A DNA stretch of 50,196 bases from an uncultured Gammaproteobacteria bacterium (GTDB lineage Bacteria; Patescibacteriota; Microgenomatia; CAYQLK01). The stretch lies in NCBI GenBank assembly GCA_964418515.1, contig CAYQLK010000003.1, positions 1-50,196 of the forward strand. Direction: 5' to 3'. This document shows, piece by piece, positions 26,531-37,247 of the stretch (position 1 is its first letter; the number at the start of each line of letters is the position of its first letter). Under the pieces are notes generated by a model, which did no database searches, was not told the origin of the DNA, and was given only the letters and a program-made list of their open reading frames with translations. The translations under genes were made by a program, and so were the position numbers.

Positions 26531-27154
26531 TTAGTCGGAAAAGTCGGCATTTAAAATAATCGGACCTGGCCTAGGATCATTTTCGGTAATATTTGAGTCA
26601 AATGATTCAAGGGTAACAACTAAAGAATCAAAGCTAACAAAATTGGTGTTGGGCAAATTAAATGTAAGTGTGTAAAATTCCCCTTCTTTTTTAAGCGCGC
26701 CTAATGGTTGGACAAATGGTGCAAGATCAATATTCCTTTTGTAAGACAAATTATTAAAAAATGTTCCATATTTTTCGTCCAGGTCTGAACTATTTGTCCT
26801 GCCTGGTCCACCGTTTAAACCAGCGTCAACAAGATATGCGTTTAAAATTGTCTTTTCGGGTAAAATTAGATTTTTGAGATCAATATTAATTTTTAGTTGG
26901 CCGTTTTCAAAATCAATTTCAGTATTACCACTAATACCATCAAGGTTAACTGTTTGCGCTAAAGCGGTTTGATTAAGTTTAAAATCTTTGCCATTAATGG
27001 CATTTTTGATTGTAATATTTTCCTCAACAGAAATGTCTGGAACTCTGGTCTGAGAAAATAAATAACCAAGAATGATACCTATAAAAATTAGGGCAAAATA
27101 AACTACAAACGAAAACCGATTAATTGTCGTTTTTTTGCCTTTTTTCTTAGCCAT
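26531..27154 (-). CDS. hypothetical membrane-anchored secreted protein
   Basis: Basic N-terminus plus a single TM segment. No motif recognised. Confidence 0.5.
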   Translation of the reverse strand: MAKKKGKKTTINRFSFVVYFALIFIGIILGYLFSQTRVPDISVEENITIKNAINGKDFKLNQTALAQTVNLDGISGNTEIDFENGQLKINIDLKNLILPEKTILNAYLVDAGLNGGPGRTNSSDLDEKYGTFFNNLSYKRNIDLAPFVQPLGALKKEGEFYTLTFNLPNTNFVSFDSLVVTLESFDSNITENDPRPGPIILNADFSD

Positions 27155-27254
27155 GAATTGAATATTTTGAAGGCAGATTTATTTTTAAAAAAGCTAAATA
27201 ATTAATCCAAAAGATGGTTAATATTTAATTTCTTGGTTTGTAGAATATCACAAA

Positions 27255-28880
27255 CTACATTCCCATATCGCCCATACCGCCCATACCGGACATTGGATTT
27301 TTGTTTTCATCAGCTTTTTCAGCGACTAAAGCTTCGGTGGTGATGACCATTATTGCAACCGAGGTGGCGTTCTCAACTGCAGACCTTGTAACTTTTGCAG
27401 GATCAACAATACCTGAGGTAAGCATTGATTCAAACTCGCTGGTCATAACATTAAATCCTGTGTCGTCATTTTTAGATTCGATTTCTTTAATAACCCATCC
27501 TGCTTCAACGCCTGCATTGAGGGCAATCCAACGCAGAGGTTCGACAAGTGCAGTTTTTATAATATTAATTCCAACAGCCTCATCACTATTTGCGGCTTTT
27601 AGTTTAGTGAGTGCTTTAGCGGCTCGAACGAGTGTAACTCCACCACCTGGTACAATTCCCTCTTCTCGGGCGGCCTTGGTAGCTTCGACAGCGTCTTTAA
27701 CTCTTTCTAGACGTTCTTTCATTTCGACTTCGGTTGCTGCTCCAACATTAATGACTGCAACACCGCCACCTAGTTTAGCGAGGCGTTCTTGTAGTTTTTC
27801 TTTGTCAAAGTCATTTGTTGTCGTTTCTATCTCCTTTTGAATTGCATTAATGCGTGCTTTCACCGCAGATTTGGTTTGGTCAGCAACGATTATGGTTGAC
27901 TCTTTGTCAGATTGGACTTTTTTGGCAAAACCTAAATCTTCAGTAGTGGCTGAGTCTAGTTTTCTACCTAATTCCTCGGAAATAACGGTTCCGCCTGTTA
28001 AAACAGCAATATCTTCTAGCATGGCTTTGCGCCTATCTCCAAAACCTGGAGCTTTGACAGCTAAAACATTAAATGTCCCCCGAAGCTTGTTGAGCACTAG
28101 AGTTGCCAAGGCTTCGCCTTCTATTTCGTCAGCAATAATAACAAGATTCTTGGTAGTCTTAATGAGATTCTCGAGCATTGGAAGAAGATCATTAATTGAA
28201 GAAATTTTGTAATCAGTAATAAGAACTGCAGCGTCGGAAATATCTGCGACCATTCTTTCTTGATCGGTCACAAAATATGTGGAGGCATAACCCTTATCAA
28301 ATTCCATACCCTCTTTGTATTCAATGCCTGTTTCTAAACCTTTACTCTCCTCAACAGTTACCACTCCATTACTGCCAACTTTTTCTAAAGCTTCAGCAAC
28401 TATTTCTCCGATTGTGGCGTCAGCCGCCGATACGGTGGCAACTTGAGCAAGACCTTCTCTGCCAGAGACTGGTTTGGACATTAATTTGATTTCTTTAATG
28501 ACAGCGTCGCGTGCCTTTTCAAGACCTGCCCTAATAGACATCGGATTAGCTCCTGCTGTTACAACTTTTAGTCCTTCTTTAATAATGGCTTCAGCTAAAA
28601 CAGTAGCGGTGGTCGTACCATCACCAGCAACGTCATTAGTACGACTAGCGGCTTCTTTGATAAGTTGAGCTCCCATATTTTCAAACGGATCAGAAAGTTC
28701 TATTTCTTTGGCGACACTTACTCCATCATGAATAACCGAAGGGCCACCCCATTTTCTATCGAGTGCGACATTTCTGCCTTTTGGTCCGAGTGTGGTTTTA
28801 ACTGCTTTTGCAAGAGTTTCGGCTCCTTTTAGGAGTTTTTCGCGAGCCTCTGCGCCAAAAATTATTTCTTTTGCTGCCAT
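27255..28880 (-). CDS. groEL: chaperonin GroEL
   Basis: AAKEIIFG...[10 protein letters not shown] and the C-terminal [11 protein letters not shown] tail. Confidence 0.97.
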   Translation of the reverse strand: MAAKEIIFGAEAREKLLKGAETLAKAVKTTLGPKGRNVALDRKWGGPSVIHDGVSVAKEIELSDPFENMGAQLIKEAASRTNDVAGDGTTTATVLAEAIIKEGLKVVTAGANPMSIRAGLEKARDAVIKEIKLMSKPVSGREGLAQVATVSAADATIGEIVAEALEKVGSNGVVTVEESKGLETGIEYKEGMEFDKGYASTYFVTDQERMVADISDAAVLITDYKISSINDLLPMLENLIKTTKNLVIIADEIEGEALATLVLNKLRGTFNVLAVKAPGFGDRRKAMLEDIAVLTGGTVISEELGRKLDSATTEDLGFAKKVQSDKESTIIVADQTKSAVKARINAIQKEIETTTNDFDKEKLQERLAKLGGGVAVINVGAATEVEMKERLERVKDAVEATKAAREEGIVPGGGVTLVRAAKALTKLKAANSDEAVGINIIKTALVEPLRWIALNAGVEAGWVIKEIESKNDDTGFNVMTSEFESMLTSGIVDPAKVTRSAVENATSVAIMVITTEALVAEKADENKNPMSGMGGMGDMGM

Positions 28881-28887
28881 AATGTTT

Positions 28888-29187
28888 TTATTTATTTATT
28901 TTTGCCATTAAATCTTCGAATTTAAGTAGAGAATACTCTACTCCATCGATTTTTATTTCATTGCCTGCCCATTTTTTGTAGAGAACTTTTTCTCCAACTT
29001 TGACAGGTGATTTTTTCTCTTGACCGTCTTCAAAAATAGACTCGCCAATTGCCAAAACTTCGCCTTCTGAAGGTTTTTCAACGTTAGCACTGTCAGGCAA
29101 AATAATACCTGAGGTAGTTTTGGTTTCGGAATCTTTTGGTTTAATGAGTATATATCCTGCGAGAGGATTAATTTTGGTTATATCCAT
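28888..29187 (-). CDS. groES: co-chaperonin GroES
   Basis: 99 aa. The [12 protein letters not shown]...[10 protein letters not shown] mobile-loop region. Lies directly upstream of groEL. Confidence 0.95.
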   Translation of the reverse strand: MDITKINPLAGYILIKPKDSETKTTSGIILPDSANVEKPSEGEVLAIGESIFEDGQEKKSPVKVGEKVLYKKWAGNEIKIDGVEYSLLKFEDLMAKINK

Positions 29188-29203
29188 AAGTTTTTTTGAA
29201 AAA

Positions 29204-29230
29204 TTAGCATTGGTATTGTATAAGTGCTAA
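29204..29230 (-). promoter_or_regulatory. CIRCE (HrcA operator) upstream of groES
   Basis: Sense strand reads TTAGCACTT-N9-CAATGCTAA against the consensus TTAGCACTC-N9-GAGTGCTAA (15/18 arm positions). It lies 16 nt from the groES ATG and overlaps the TAG stop of the upstream gene. Confidence 0.75.
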
Positions 29231-30132
29231 TTTTTTTTGTCAAGACTATTACCAAAGATTAATTTGCGCTCTTTTTCTTTTAACTTCGTTTTTGTTTGAC
29301 TAATTGTTGACTGATATTTTTTAAGAATAATAGATTGATAATCAATTGGATGAAAACGTATCTCATTAGAATTAACCGTTTCGTTAGTAATATGGCTACG
29401 CATGTATTGATATTGAACCCAAAATAACGGTATTGAGAGCAGTTTGGAGAAAATGTGTGATTCTGGAAAAGTTTTATTTTGCGGTTGGGGTGGAAAAACA
29501 AAATTAGGAAAAATTTTAGAGGTCCAAATATTTGCGTGAAGGAATTTTTCGTAAACTTGTCCCCTATTAATAATAGGAATGATTTGTAATATTTCCCGAG
29601 CTGAATATATGTTTTCATTCTTGATGCGAAGCTTGTTGATATCCAAAAACATATTAAGACAGACCGAATTTTTAACTTGTATATTATTGTGATTTTCTCT
29701 TTTTCTTTGCAAATGAAATAGCCGTAAAATTAAAACTGAAAAAAATCTGCTCAACCAAACAGAGTCGGGAGAACAAACGATAAACAAATCAATGTCAGAA
29801 TTTTTCTGCGGTTTACCAGCAGCTAGTGAGCCAGACACGGCGATTAATTTGATTGTGGGAATTATTTTAAGTAAATTGGCGGCTTTTTCGGCATTTTGTA
29901 GCTTTTGAGAATAAATTTTTGTATGGCTAGAAAAATCAGCTGTCGTTTTTAGGCCATATTGATTATTTTTGTGGATAATTTTTTTCTGATTCTCTAGTTT
30001 TTTTAAGATTTGGTCTAGTTCTTGAAAAGTGGTTTTTTGAATAACTAGCCATTTGAGTAATTCTTTTTGAGAATAAGTAGAATTAAATATTTGACTATAA
30101 CAAAGCGATAAAATAACAAGGCGTTCTAACAT
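29227..30132 (-). CDS. Pol-beta-superfamily nucleotidyltransferase domain protein
   Basis: GSLAAGKPQKNSDIDLFIV (GS-x-DxD signature). The N-terminal part looks like a winged helix. The C-terminal half is unknown. Confidence 0.6.
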   Translation of the reverse strand: MLERLVILSLCYSQIFNSTYSQKELLKWLVIQKTTFQELDQILKKLENQKKIIHKNNQYGLKTTADFSSHTKIYSQKLQNAEKAANLLKIIPTIKLIAVSGSLAAGKPQKNSDIDLFIVCSPDSVWLSRFFSVLILRLFHLQRKRENHNNIQVKNSVCLNMFLDINKLRIKNENIYSAREILQIIPIINRGQVYEKFLHANIWTSKIFPNFVFPPQPQNKTFPESHIFSKLLSIPLFWVQYQYMRSHITNETVNSNEIRFHPIDYQSIILKKYQSTISQTKTKLKEKERKLIFGNSLDKKN

Positions 30133-30180
30133 AAAAATATTCTAATAGTTTTTGAAAAATTGAGTGGCTAGAAAAAAACT

Positions 30181-31539
30181 TTAATTGCCGTCGAACTGAT
30201 CAGAGACCTGTTTCCAGCCTTTGGCAAGAGTAATAATTGCCTTGTCGATTGCGGACCTAGAAAGATTGGTAGTATTAGCCTCATCAACGACTTGGGCAAG
30301 ATAATTAATATTGAGGTCGTTAATTCCATTATCAAAAGTATTGGATGCGATTGGGTATGATGTGGCTTTGACCATATCTTGAAGGACGGCACCAACAACT
30401 GGATTAGAAATTACAGATTGCGCTAAGTCGACTCGAGAGTATGGCTCCCCAAAATCTCTTGTTTCAGCTTGATAAGAGTATATCTTTTGTTGGCTTTCTG
30501 CAGAGGAAATAAATTTGAGAAATTTCCACGCCGCAGCTTGTTTCTCCTCTGAAATTGTCGAACTTACACCTTCTGACCAATAAGACGCCCAAGCAACTTT
30601 GCGCTTGGAGTCAGTAGTAAGTTGTGGAACGGTAGTGGCTCTAAAATTAAGATTTGGATTAGCGGCTTTTATTTCAAAATATTTCCATGATGGAGCAAAA
30701 TAAAACGCTAAGCTTCCCTGTGAAAACATAACGGTTGATTTTGGCAGTGTCTCATCCCAAATTTTTGACTGACGGAAGCTTGAATAAAAAATTACAGCAT
30801 CTGTGGCTAAATTCTTACCATCTGTGGAAATACTTTTTTCCAGATCATTAAATTTGACTTGGTTTTGTGCCATAAGCAAGCCTAAAATATCTGAGAAGTG
30901 GTCAACGTTGCCGCTTGTACCTAGAGCAACGCCAGATGTTTTGATTCTAGCTTGTTCATCAATTACAGTAATTTGACTAGCCATTGTCCGAAGCTCTTCC
31001 CATGTTTGTGGTGGAGCAGAAAAACCAGCTGCTTTAAGCAAATCCTCGTTGTAAAAAAGTGTAAGTCCATCAACTTCTAACGGAACGCCAACAATTCGAT
31101 TGCCAACAGTCAAGTCTTTGGAGGTGATTGGATAAAAAGTCTGCTGAAATTCTTTTGGAGTATAAATTGTTTCTGGAACGGAAGCTAACTTCTGATTAAA
31201 CATCGGCACCCAAGTGTTGTGAAATCGAAATAGGTCTGGACCTGATTCTGTACCAAGAGCCGAAGACAGTCTTTCTCGGTAATTAGTTATGTTTTGTCTA
31301 GCGTAGTTAATGGTAATGTTGGGATTAATTGCGGTGAATTCATCAATTAGTGGCTGGATAACCTGCTGATCCTCCCAAAGCCCCCAATATGTGAGAGTAA
31401 CTGGCACATCCTTTGTGTCAGTGTTACTGATAAATGGTAGTTTTGAACAGGCGGACAAAAATATTGAGATAAAGAGTAAAAGGGATAGTTTTTTTACAGG
31501 CAGCATAAATAATCGATTGGTTAGCTTTAATGTTAGCAT
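30181..31539 (-). CDS. ABC transporter extracellular solute-binding lipoprotein (sugar-type), orphan
   Basis: Lipobox FLSAC. Size and sequence pattern of family-1 SBPs. No permease or ATPase gene is adjacent. Confidence 0.7.
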   Translation of the reverse strand: MLTLKLTNRLFMLPVKKLSLLLFISIFLSACSKLPFISNTDTKDVPVTLTYWGLWEDQQVIQPLIDEFTAINPNITINYARQNITNYRERLSSALGTESGPDLFRFHNTWVPMFNQKLASVPETIYTPKEFQQTFYPITSKDLTVGNRIVGVPLEVDGLTLFYNEDLLKAAGFSAPPQTWEELRTMASQITVIDEQARIKTSGVALGTSGNVDHFSDILGLLMAQNQVKFNDLEKSISTDGKNLATDAVIFYSSFRQSKIWDETLPKSTVMFSQGSLAFYFAPSWKYFEIKAANPNLNFRATTVPQLTTDSKRKVAWASYWSEGVSSTISEEKQAAAWKFLKFISSAESQQKIYSYQAETRDFGEPYSRVDLAQSVISNPVVGAVLQDMVKATSYPIASNTFDNGINDLNINYLAQVVDEANTTNLSRSAIDKAIITLAKGWKQVSDQFDGN

Positions 31540-31617
31540 AATTTTCCTTTAATGGGATGCAAAATTTGTGTAGTTGTTTTAGGCTACAATTATAGTTACT
31601 TGTTATGAACTGTTAAG

Positions 31618-33390
31618 GTGAAAAAAACGAAAGAAAAATCAAAAAAACTCGAGATTAAACGCTGGAAATTGTATTGTTCTGTGGTTTTTGTGGCGGGTTT
31701 TTTACTATTACCAATCATTGGCTACTGTTGGTATTTTTCTGACAAGGTTTATTTTGGTGTGACTTTTTTGGGTGAAAACTTAGGAGGTAAAACTTTTACA
31801 GAAGCCAAAATGATAGTCGACCAAAAATCTATTTCAGTGGTTAGTGAAAAGATTGATATTGTTTCGGACAAAAAATACAATTTGTCTTTGGCTGAAACAG
31901 GATTAACAATTGACACAAAGACAACAATTGACTCCATTACGAGCACTTTTAGGACACAAAATATTTTGAGGAATATTACGGGAATGCTATCTGTGTTAAG
32001 AAATGAGGTCAAGGTCATGCCGATAGTTGTATGGAAAGATGATTCTTTTGATCAAATTATCAAAACGATTAACAACGAAAGTAGTTTTACTAAGGCGAAG
32101 CCGGCCGAATACCAAGTTAATAGTGGTGAGATAACCATTATCCCCAGCGTGAGTGGGTATGTAATTGACGAGGATTTATTAAAGAACGAACTAATTAGTG
32201 TAATTAGCGGTAAAAATTCGATAAAGGTTCCCCTTACTTTGATTGAGCCAGCTTTCCGAACAATAAATGCCGAAGAGTCGCTCGAAAAGGCAAAAATTTT
32301 ACTCAATGTTGATATTTTATTAAAGTATGATCTGACTACTTATAAGATTGATGGTGAAGATTTTGTAACCTGGGTAGCAATTTATAAAAATTTAGATGCT
32401 TATAAAATTGAGCCAAACGGTGATAAATACTTAACTTTTTTTGAAAAAATAAGTAAAAGTATTGATCGTGAAGTTAAAAATCCGATATTAAAAATTGAGG
32501 GGGATAGAGTTACAGAATTTGTCCCTCCAACTGATGGAAGAAAATTAGACAGCGTTGAGACCTTGGCCAAAATTACTCAAGCAGTAAATAATTTAAAAAA
32601 TGATGAAAAATCTGTAAGCTTGGATTTGGTCGTAAGAGTAACGAAACCTGAAGATTTTGAAAATAATCAGTATGGAATTAGAGAATTTTTGGCACGAGGG
32701 GTGTCGGATTTTAGTGGCTCATCATCAGGAAGAATCCATAATATAAAACTAGCGTCATCAAGAATTAATGGTTCACTTGTCGCTCCTGGCGAAGAGTTCT
32801 CTTTTAACAGAAGGCTTGGCGATATTTCTCGAGCGAATGGGTATCAAAGCGCTTATGTGATTGAGAACGGAAAGACAGTGCTCGGCGATGGTGGTGGAGT
32901 GTGCCAAGTGTCGACAACCGCTTTTAGAGCAGCGCTTTTTGCTGGACTAGAGATTACAGCCAGATCGCCCCATGCGTATAGAGTCGGCTATTACGAAAAG
33001 CTTGGCTTCAAACCTGGGCTAGATGCGGCGATTTATTATCCAAACTTGGATTTTCGCTTTAAAAACAACACTTCGAAACATATTTTAATTAGCGCGTATG
33101 TTGTGGGTACTAGGTTGACTTTTGATATTTATGGAACATCAGATGAGAGACAAGTTACTATTTCTGAACCAGTTGTAACAAATATAAAACCCGCACCCGA
33201 ACCGAGATATCAAGATGATCCTACCTTACCTCGAGGAACAACAAAACAGGTAGATTTTGCGGCTAGCGGAGCAACCAGCAAGTTTAGCCAAACAGTTGTG
33301 CAAGGCGGCGAAACAATCATTAACAAACAATTTACTTCAGTATTTCGACCTTGGCAGGCAGTATTTTTAGTCGGCACTAAAGATAATTAA
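31618..33390 (+). CDS. VanW-family protein with a C-terminal G5-like domain
   Basis: GGGVCQVSTTAFRAALFAGLEI and PHAYRVGYY (VanW). C-terminal YQDDPTLPRGTTKQVDFAASG (G5-like). GTG start and an N-terminal TM segment. Confidence 0.8.
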   Translation: MKKTKEKSKKLEIKRWKLYCSVVFVAGFLLLPIIGYCWYFSDKVYFGVTFLGENLGGKTFTEAKMIVDQKSISVVSEKIDIVSDKKYNLSLAETGLTIDTKTTIDSITSTFRTQNILRNITGMLSVLRNEVKVMPIVVWKDDSFDQIIKTINNESSFTKAKPAEYQVNSGEITIIPSVSGYVIDEDLLKNELISVISGKNSIKVPLTLIEPAFRTINAEESLEKAKILLNVDILLKYDLTTYKIDGEDFVTWVAIYKNLDAYKIEPNGDKYLTFFEKISKSIDREVKNPILKIEGDRVTEFVPPTDGRKLDSVETLAKITQAVNNLKNDEKSVSLDLVVRVTKPEDFENNQYGIREFLARGVSDFSGSSSGRIHNIKLASSRINGSLVAPGEEFSFNRRLGDISRANGYQSAYVIENGKTVLGDGGGVCQVSTTAFRAALFAGLEITARSPHAYRVGYYEKLGFKPGLDAAIYYPNLDFRFKNNTSKHILISAYVVGTRLTFDIYGTSDERQVTISEPVVTNIKPAPEPRYQDDPTLPRGTTKQVDFAASGATSKFSQTVVQGGETIINKQFTSVFRPWQAVFLVGTKDN

Positions 33391-33442
33391 TTTTTACGGT
33401 TAGAAATACTTTTTTGACTGTTAGGATTATAATTCTACGCAG

Positions 33443-33991
33443 ATGAAAAAAGATTTAAGTATATTATTTGGACTATTTGGAATTGTTGCGGCAGTAATTA
33501 TTTATCAAGGGGCATCAGGTGGTGCGTTTTTGCCCGATTCAAAAAAAACAGCAACAGATGAAGCTAGTGTGACGCCTGTGAACAACCAAACTGATGCTAC
33601 TAATACAAATAGCAACTTGCAATCGACTCAAGTAAAAATTTTAAGGTTAAAAGTGAATGCTGATGTGGCGAGTGATGCTAATAGTCGAGCAGTAGGACTG
33701 GGAGGAAGAGAGAGTTTAGCAAAAGACGCAGGTATGCTTTTTGTGTTTGATTCTGAAGCTAAACATAGTTTCTGGATGAAAAATGTTAAGTTCCCATTGG
33801 ATATTATTTGGCTGGATAAAAACAAAAAGGTCGTACATTTTGTGAAAAATGCTCAACCAGATACAGGTGGTGCGTTGGATATATATACCCCACCAAAAAA
33901 AGCCTATTATGTTTTGGAAGTAAACGGTGGAATGATTGACGAGTTTGGACTGACTTTGGACAATAAAGCGACTTTTGAGATTAAAAAATAG
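33443..33991 (+). CDS. DUF192 (COG1430) family secreted protein
   Basis: GMLFVFD...FWMKNVKFPLDIIWLD...YVLEVNGG is the DUF192 pattern. Confidence 0.7.
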   Translation: MKKDLSILFGLFGIVAAVIIYQGASGGAFLPDSKKTATDEASVTPVNNQTDATNTNSNLQSTQVKILRLKVNADVASDANSRAVGLGGRESLAKDAGMLFVFDSEAKHSFWMKNVKFPLDIIWLDKNKKVVHFVKNAQPDTGGALDIYTPPKKAYYVLEVNGGMIDEFGLTLDNKATFEIKK

Positions 33992-34037
33992 TTTTTAAGG
34001 CTTGGAAAGTTAAGCTTAAGCTGATACCTTACATACA

Positions 34038-35024
34038 ATGAAAATCCTAGGCATTGAAACTAGTTGCGATGAAACAAGTGCTGCTGTGGTCGAGAATGGT
34101 GTGAAAGTATTGTCACTTACAACGCTGTCATCACTAAAAAAACAAATTAAGTGGGGCGGTATTGTTCCAGAAGTTGCAGCCAGAGAACAGGTTGAAGCAA
34201 TTATTCCGGTTATTGAACTTAGTTTAAGTCAAGCAAATCTCAAAATTGAAGACATTGATGGAATTGCGGTTACTCATGGTCCGGGGCTGTTGGGATCACT
34301 TTTGGTTGGTGTTGAGTCTGCCAAGACCATTGCGATGGTGAATAACTTGCCTATTATGGGAGTCGATCATATGAAGGGCCACACCTATGCATCTTTTTTG
34401 GAGACAGATAGACCTCCATTTTTCCCTTTTATGGCGCTACTGGTCTCTGGAGGGCATACTCAAATTGTAAGTTGCAGAAAACATGATGATATAAAAATTA
34501 TTGGCGAGACAAGAGATGATTCTATTGGTGAAGCATTTGATAAGGTTGCGAGATTAATTGGACTTCCCTATCCTGGCGGGCCAGAAATATCAAAATTAGC
34601 TAAAACTGTTACAAAAACTAACTTAAAACTTTCAAGGCCAATGTTAAATAGCGGCGATTTTGATTTTTCTTTTTCTGGAATAAAAACTGAGGTGGCACGT
34701 ATTGTTGAAGAGGGCAACTTTTCAAAAGCTGAAATTGCGTATGAATTTGAAGAGGCTGTGACTGATGTTGTGGTAAAAAAACTAAAAAAAGCGAGTGAGG
34801 TATATAAAATTTCAAATATTGTTACGGGTGGTGGTGTGGCCGCGAATGAAAAACTAAGAGAGAAAATTAAAAGTGCTTTTTCAAGCGTCTACGAGACCGA
34901 GCCAAAATATTGTACTGATAACGGAGCAATGATTGCTGCTTATGCCTACTTTAATTGGAAACCTGTTAATTATTTAGATATTAAAGCTGATCCAAGTCTT
35001 AATTTGGAATACGAAAACGTTTAA
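34038..35024 (+). CDS. tsaD: tRNA N6-adenosine threonylcarbamoyltransferase TsaD (Kae1/Gcp)
   Basis: ILGIETSCDETSAAV, HMKGH, VSGGHT and GGGVAAN motifs. Confidence 0.9.
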   Translation: MKILGIETSCDETSAAVVENGVKVLSLTTLSSLKKQIKWGGIVPEVAAREQVEAIIPVIELSLSQANLKIEDIDGIAVTHGPGLLGSLLVGVESAKTIAMVNNLPIMGVDHMKGHTYASFLETDRPPFFPFMALLVSGGHTQIVSCRKHDDIKIIGETRDDSIGEAFDKVARLIGLPYPGGPEISKLAKTVTKTNLKLSRPMLNSGDFDFSFSGIKTEVARIVEEGNFSKAEIAYEFEEAVTDVVVKKLKKASEVYKISNIVTGGGVAANEKLREKIKSAFSSVYETEPKYCTDNGAMIAAYAYFNWKPVNYLDIKADPSLNLEYENV

Positions 35025-35093
35025 GTTTTTATGCTATTTAAGGCAAATTAATGTAAAATTCGAAATAAATTATAAAAAGTTTAAGGGTAAATT

Positions 35094-37247
35094 TTGAAAA
35101 TGGAAAAAATCTACGAACATAAGGAAATTGAATCAAAAATATATAGAGATTGGGAAGAGTCTGGATATTTTAAACCGGAAATAAATAAGGGCGATCCTTT
35201 TACGATTATTATGCCGCCGCCAAACGCCAATGGTTTTATCCATATTGGCCATGCTCGTGGCAATGTGATTCAAGATATTATGGTGCGCTTTGAAAGAATG
35301 CGAGGTAAAAGAGCTTTTATATTACCTGGGGCTGACCACGCAGGAATTCAAACCCAAGTTGTTTACGAAAGAGAGCTAGCTAAAAAAGATTTAAGTAGAC
35401 ACAAACTAGGCAGAGAAGAATTTTTTAAACAGGTATATGAGTTTAGTATTAATAATCGTGACAACATGGAAAACCAGATTAGACACTTGGGTGTTAGTTG
35501 TGACTGGAGTCGTAAAAAGTTTACCCTAGAACCCGATGTGACAAAAACAGTTTACGAAACATTTGTTGAAATGTATGAAGATGGTCTTATTTACCGCGGA
35601 GAAAGATTAATTAATTGGTGTTTTAGATGTGCAACAGCATTGTCAGATTTGGAAGTCGAACACGAGGAAAAAACAGACAGTCTTTACTATATTAAGTATG
35701 AAATAGTTGACCCCAAAGAAGACGAGCCAAAATATTTGGTAGTGGCAACTGTTAGACCAGAACCAATAATGATTGATACACATCTGGCGGTAAACCCAAA
35801 GGATAAACTGAGGAAAAAATGGATTGGGAGAAAAGTTAAAAATCCTATTACTGGTAAGGAGATGGAAATAATAGGTGACGACTTTGTGGACTTAAAATTT
35901 GGCACAGGGATTGTAAAACTAACACCAGGGCACGACAAAAATGACTATGAGGTCGCTCAGAAAAATAATTTACCGATTGTAAGTGCTATTGGTCAGGACG
36001 GAAAGATGAATAAAAATGCCGGCAAATACGCAGGTATGAAACTTTTGGAAGCCAGAGGTGAAATAATAATTGATTTGGAAAAACAAAGCTCGATTGAAAA
36101 AATTGACGAAAAATATACTCACAGTGTTGGAGTCTGTGAAAGATGCAAATCAGTAGTGGAACAGTTAATTTCTACTCAGTGGTTTGTGGCAGTCAATAAA
36201 AAGGGTGAAAAATCTGGCAAAGTATTTGCAAAAGATGCCTTAGATGCGGTTAATAAGGGCGAAATTAAATTCATTCAAGCTAGACAGGAAAAAATATTTA
36301 GACATTGGATGAATAATATTCACGACTGGTGTATTAGTAGACAAATTTGGTGGGGACACCAAATACCGGTATGGTACTGTCAAAAATGTAAAAACGATTC
36401 CCCTATTGTGTCTGCGAGCACTCCCAATGTGTGCCCAACTTGCCAAGGAAAAGACTTAATACAAGACTCTGACACGCTTGATACCTGGTTCTCTTCTGGT
36501 CAATGGCCCTACTCTACTCTGGGTTTTCCTAAATCTAGTGACTATAAAGAATTTTACCCAACTACTGTTATGGAAACGGCTTACGATATTATTTTCTTTT
36601 GGGTAGCTAGAATGATTATGTTCGGCATTTATAGGACCAACAAAACACCTTTTAAAGAAGTTTATTTTCATGGAATTGTAAGAGACGATAAGGGGCAGAA
36701 AATGAGTAAATCAAAAGGTAATGTGATTAGTCCGATTGATGTAGCTGAACAATATGGAGCTGACGCAGTACGATTATCATTGATTTACGGGTCGAATGCT
36801 GATAATGATTTAAACCTAGGTATGGACAAAATCAGAGGTATGAGAAATTTTACGAATAAAATATGGAACGCCTCAAGATTTGTATTGGATTTTTATGAAG
36901 GCAGTAATCATTCAGATGGTAAGACGCCTAAAAAAGAGGAATTTAATCAAGAAATTTTAGATAAGCTAGACGAGTTATTTATTAGTACGACTAATAATTT
37001 TGAAAAGCGTAATTTTACAGCCGCAATAAATGATCTTTATGAATTTTTTTGGCACCATTTCTGCGACAAATATCTAGAACTAGCAAAACCTGAACGAGAA
37101 AAATTTCAACCGACTTTGGAATATGTTCTAGGTGCTCAGCTGAAATTATTACATCCAATAACTCCTTTTATAACTGAAGAGATTTGGAGTAAGCTCCCCT
37201 ACTCCTCTACTAAAATTATTATTGCGCCATGGCAAAACGAAAAATAA
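35094..37247 (+). CDS. valS: valyl-tRNA synthetase (truncated architecture, 717 aa)
   Basis: PPPNANGFIHIGHA, FGTGIVKLTPGHDKNDYEV and KMSKSKGN. Lacks the usual C-terminal coiled coil. The start is TTG 35094 or ATG 35100. Confidence 0.9.
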   Translation: MKMEKIYEHKEIESKIYRDWEESGYFKPEINKGDPFTIIMPPPNANGFIHIGHARGNVIQDIMVRFERMRGKRAFILPGADHAGIQTQVVYERELAKKDLSRHKLGREEFFKQVYEFSINNRDNMENQIRHLGVSCDWSRKKFTLEPDVTKTVYETFVEMYEDGLIYRGERLINWCFRCATALSDLEVEHEEKTDSLYYIKYEIVDPKEDEPKYLVVATVRPEPIMIDTHLAVNPKDKLRKKWIGRKVKNPITGKEMEIIGDDFVDLKFGTGIVKLTPGHDKNDYEVAQKNNLPIVSAIGQDGKMNKNAGKYAGMKLLEARGEIIIDLEKQSSIEKIDEKYTHSVGVCERCKSVVEQLISTQWFVAVNKKGEKSGKVFAKDALDAVNKGEIKFIQARQEKIFRHWMNNIHDWCISRQIWWGHQIPVWYCQKCKNDSPIVSASTPNVCPTCQGKDLIQDSDTLDTWFSSGQWPYSTLGFPKSSDYKEFYPTTVMETAYDIIFFWVARMIMFGIYRTNKTPFKEVYFHGIVRDDKGQKMSKSKGNVISPIDVAEQYGADAVRLSLIYGSNADNDLNLGMDKIRGMRNFTNKIWNASRFVLDFYEGSNHSDGKTPKKEEFNQEILDKLDELFISTTNNFEKRNFTAAINDLYEFFWHHFCDKYLELAKPEREKFQPTLEYVLGAQLKLLHPITPFITEEIWSKLPYSSTKIIIAPWQNEK

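Noticed and set aside
27301-28212. Long plus-strand ORFs (179 aa and 120 aa) antisense to groEL
   Set aside because: These are low-complexity A/S/T/P-rich translations, typical of the antisense frame of GCN/GAN-rich chaperonin genes. groEL on the minus strand is unambiguous.
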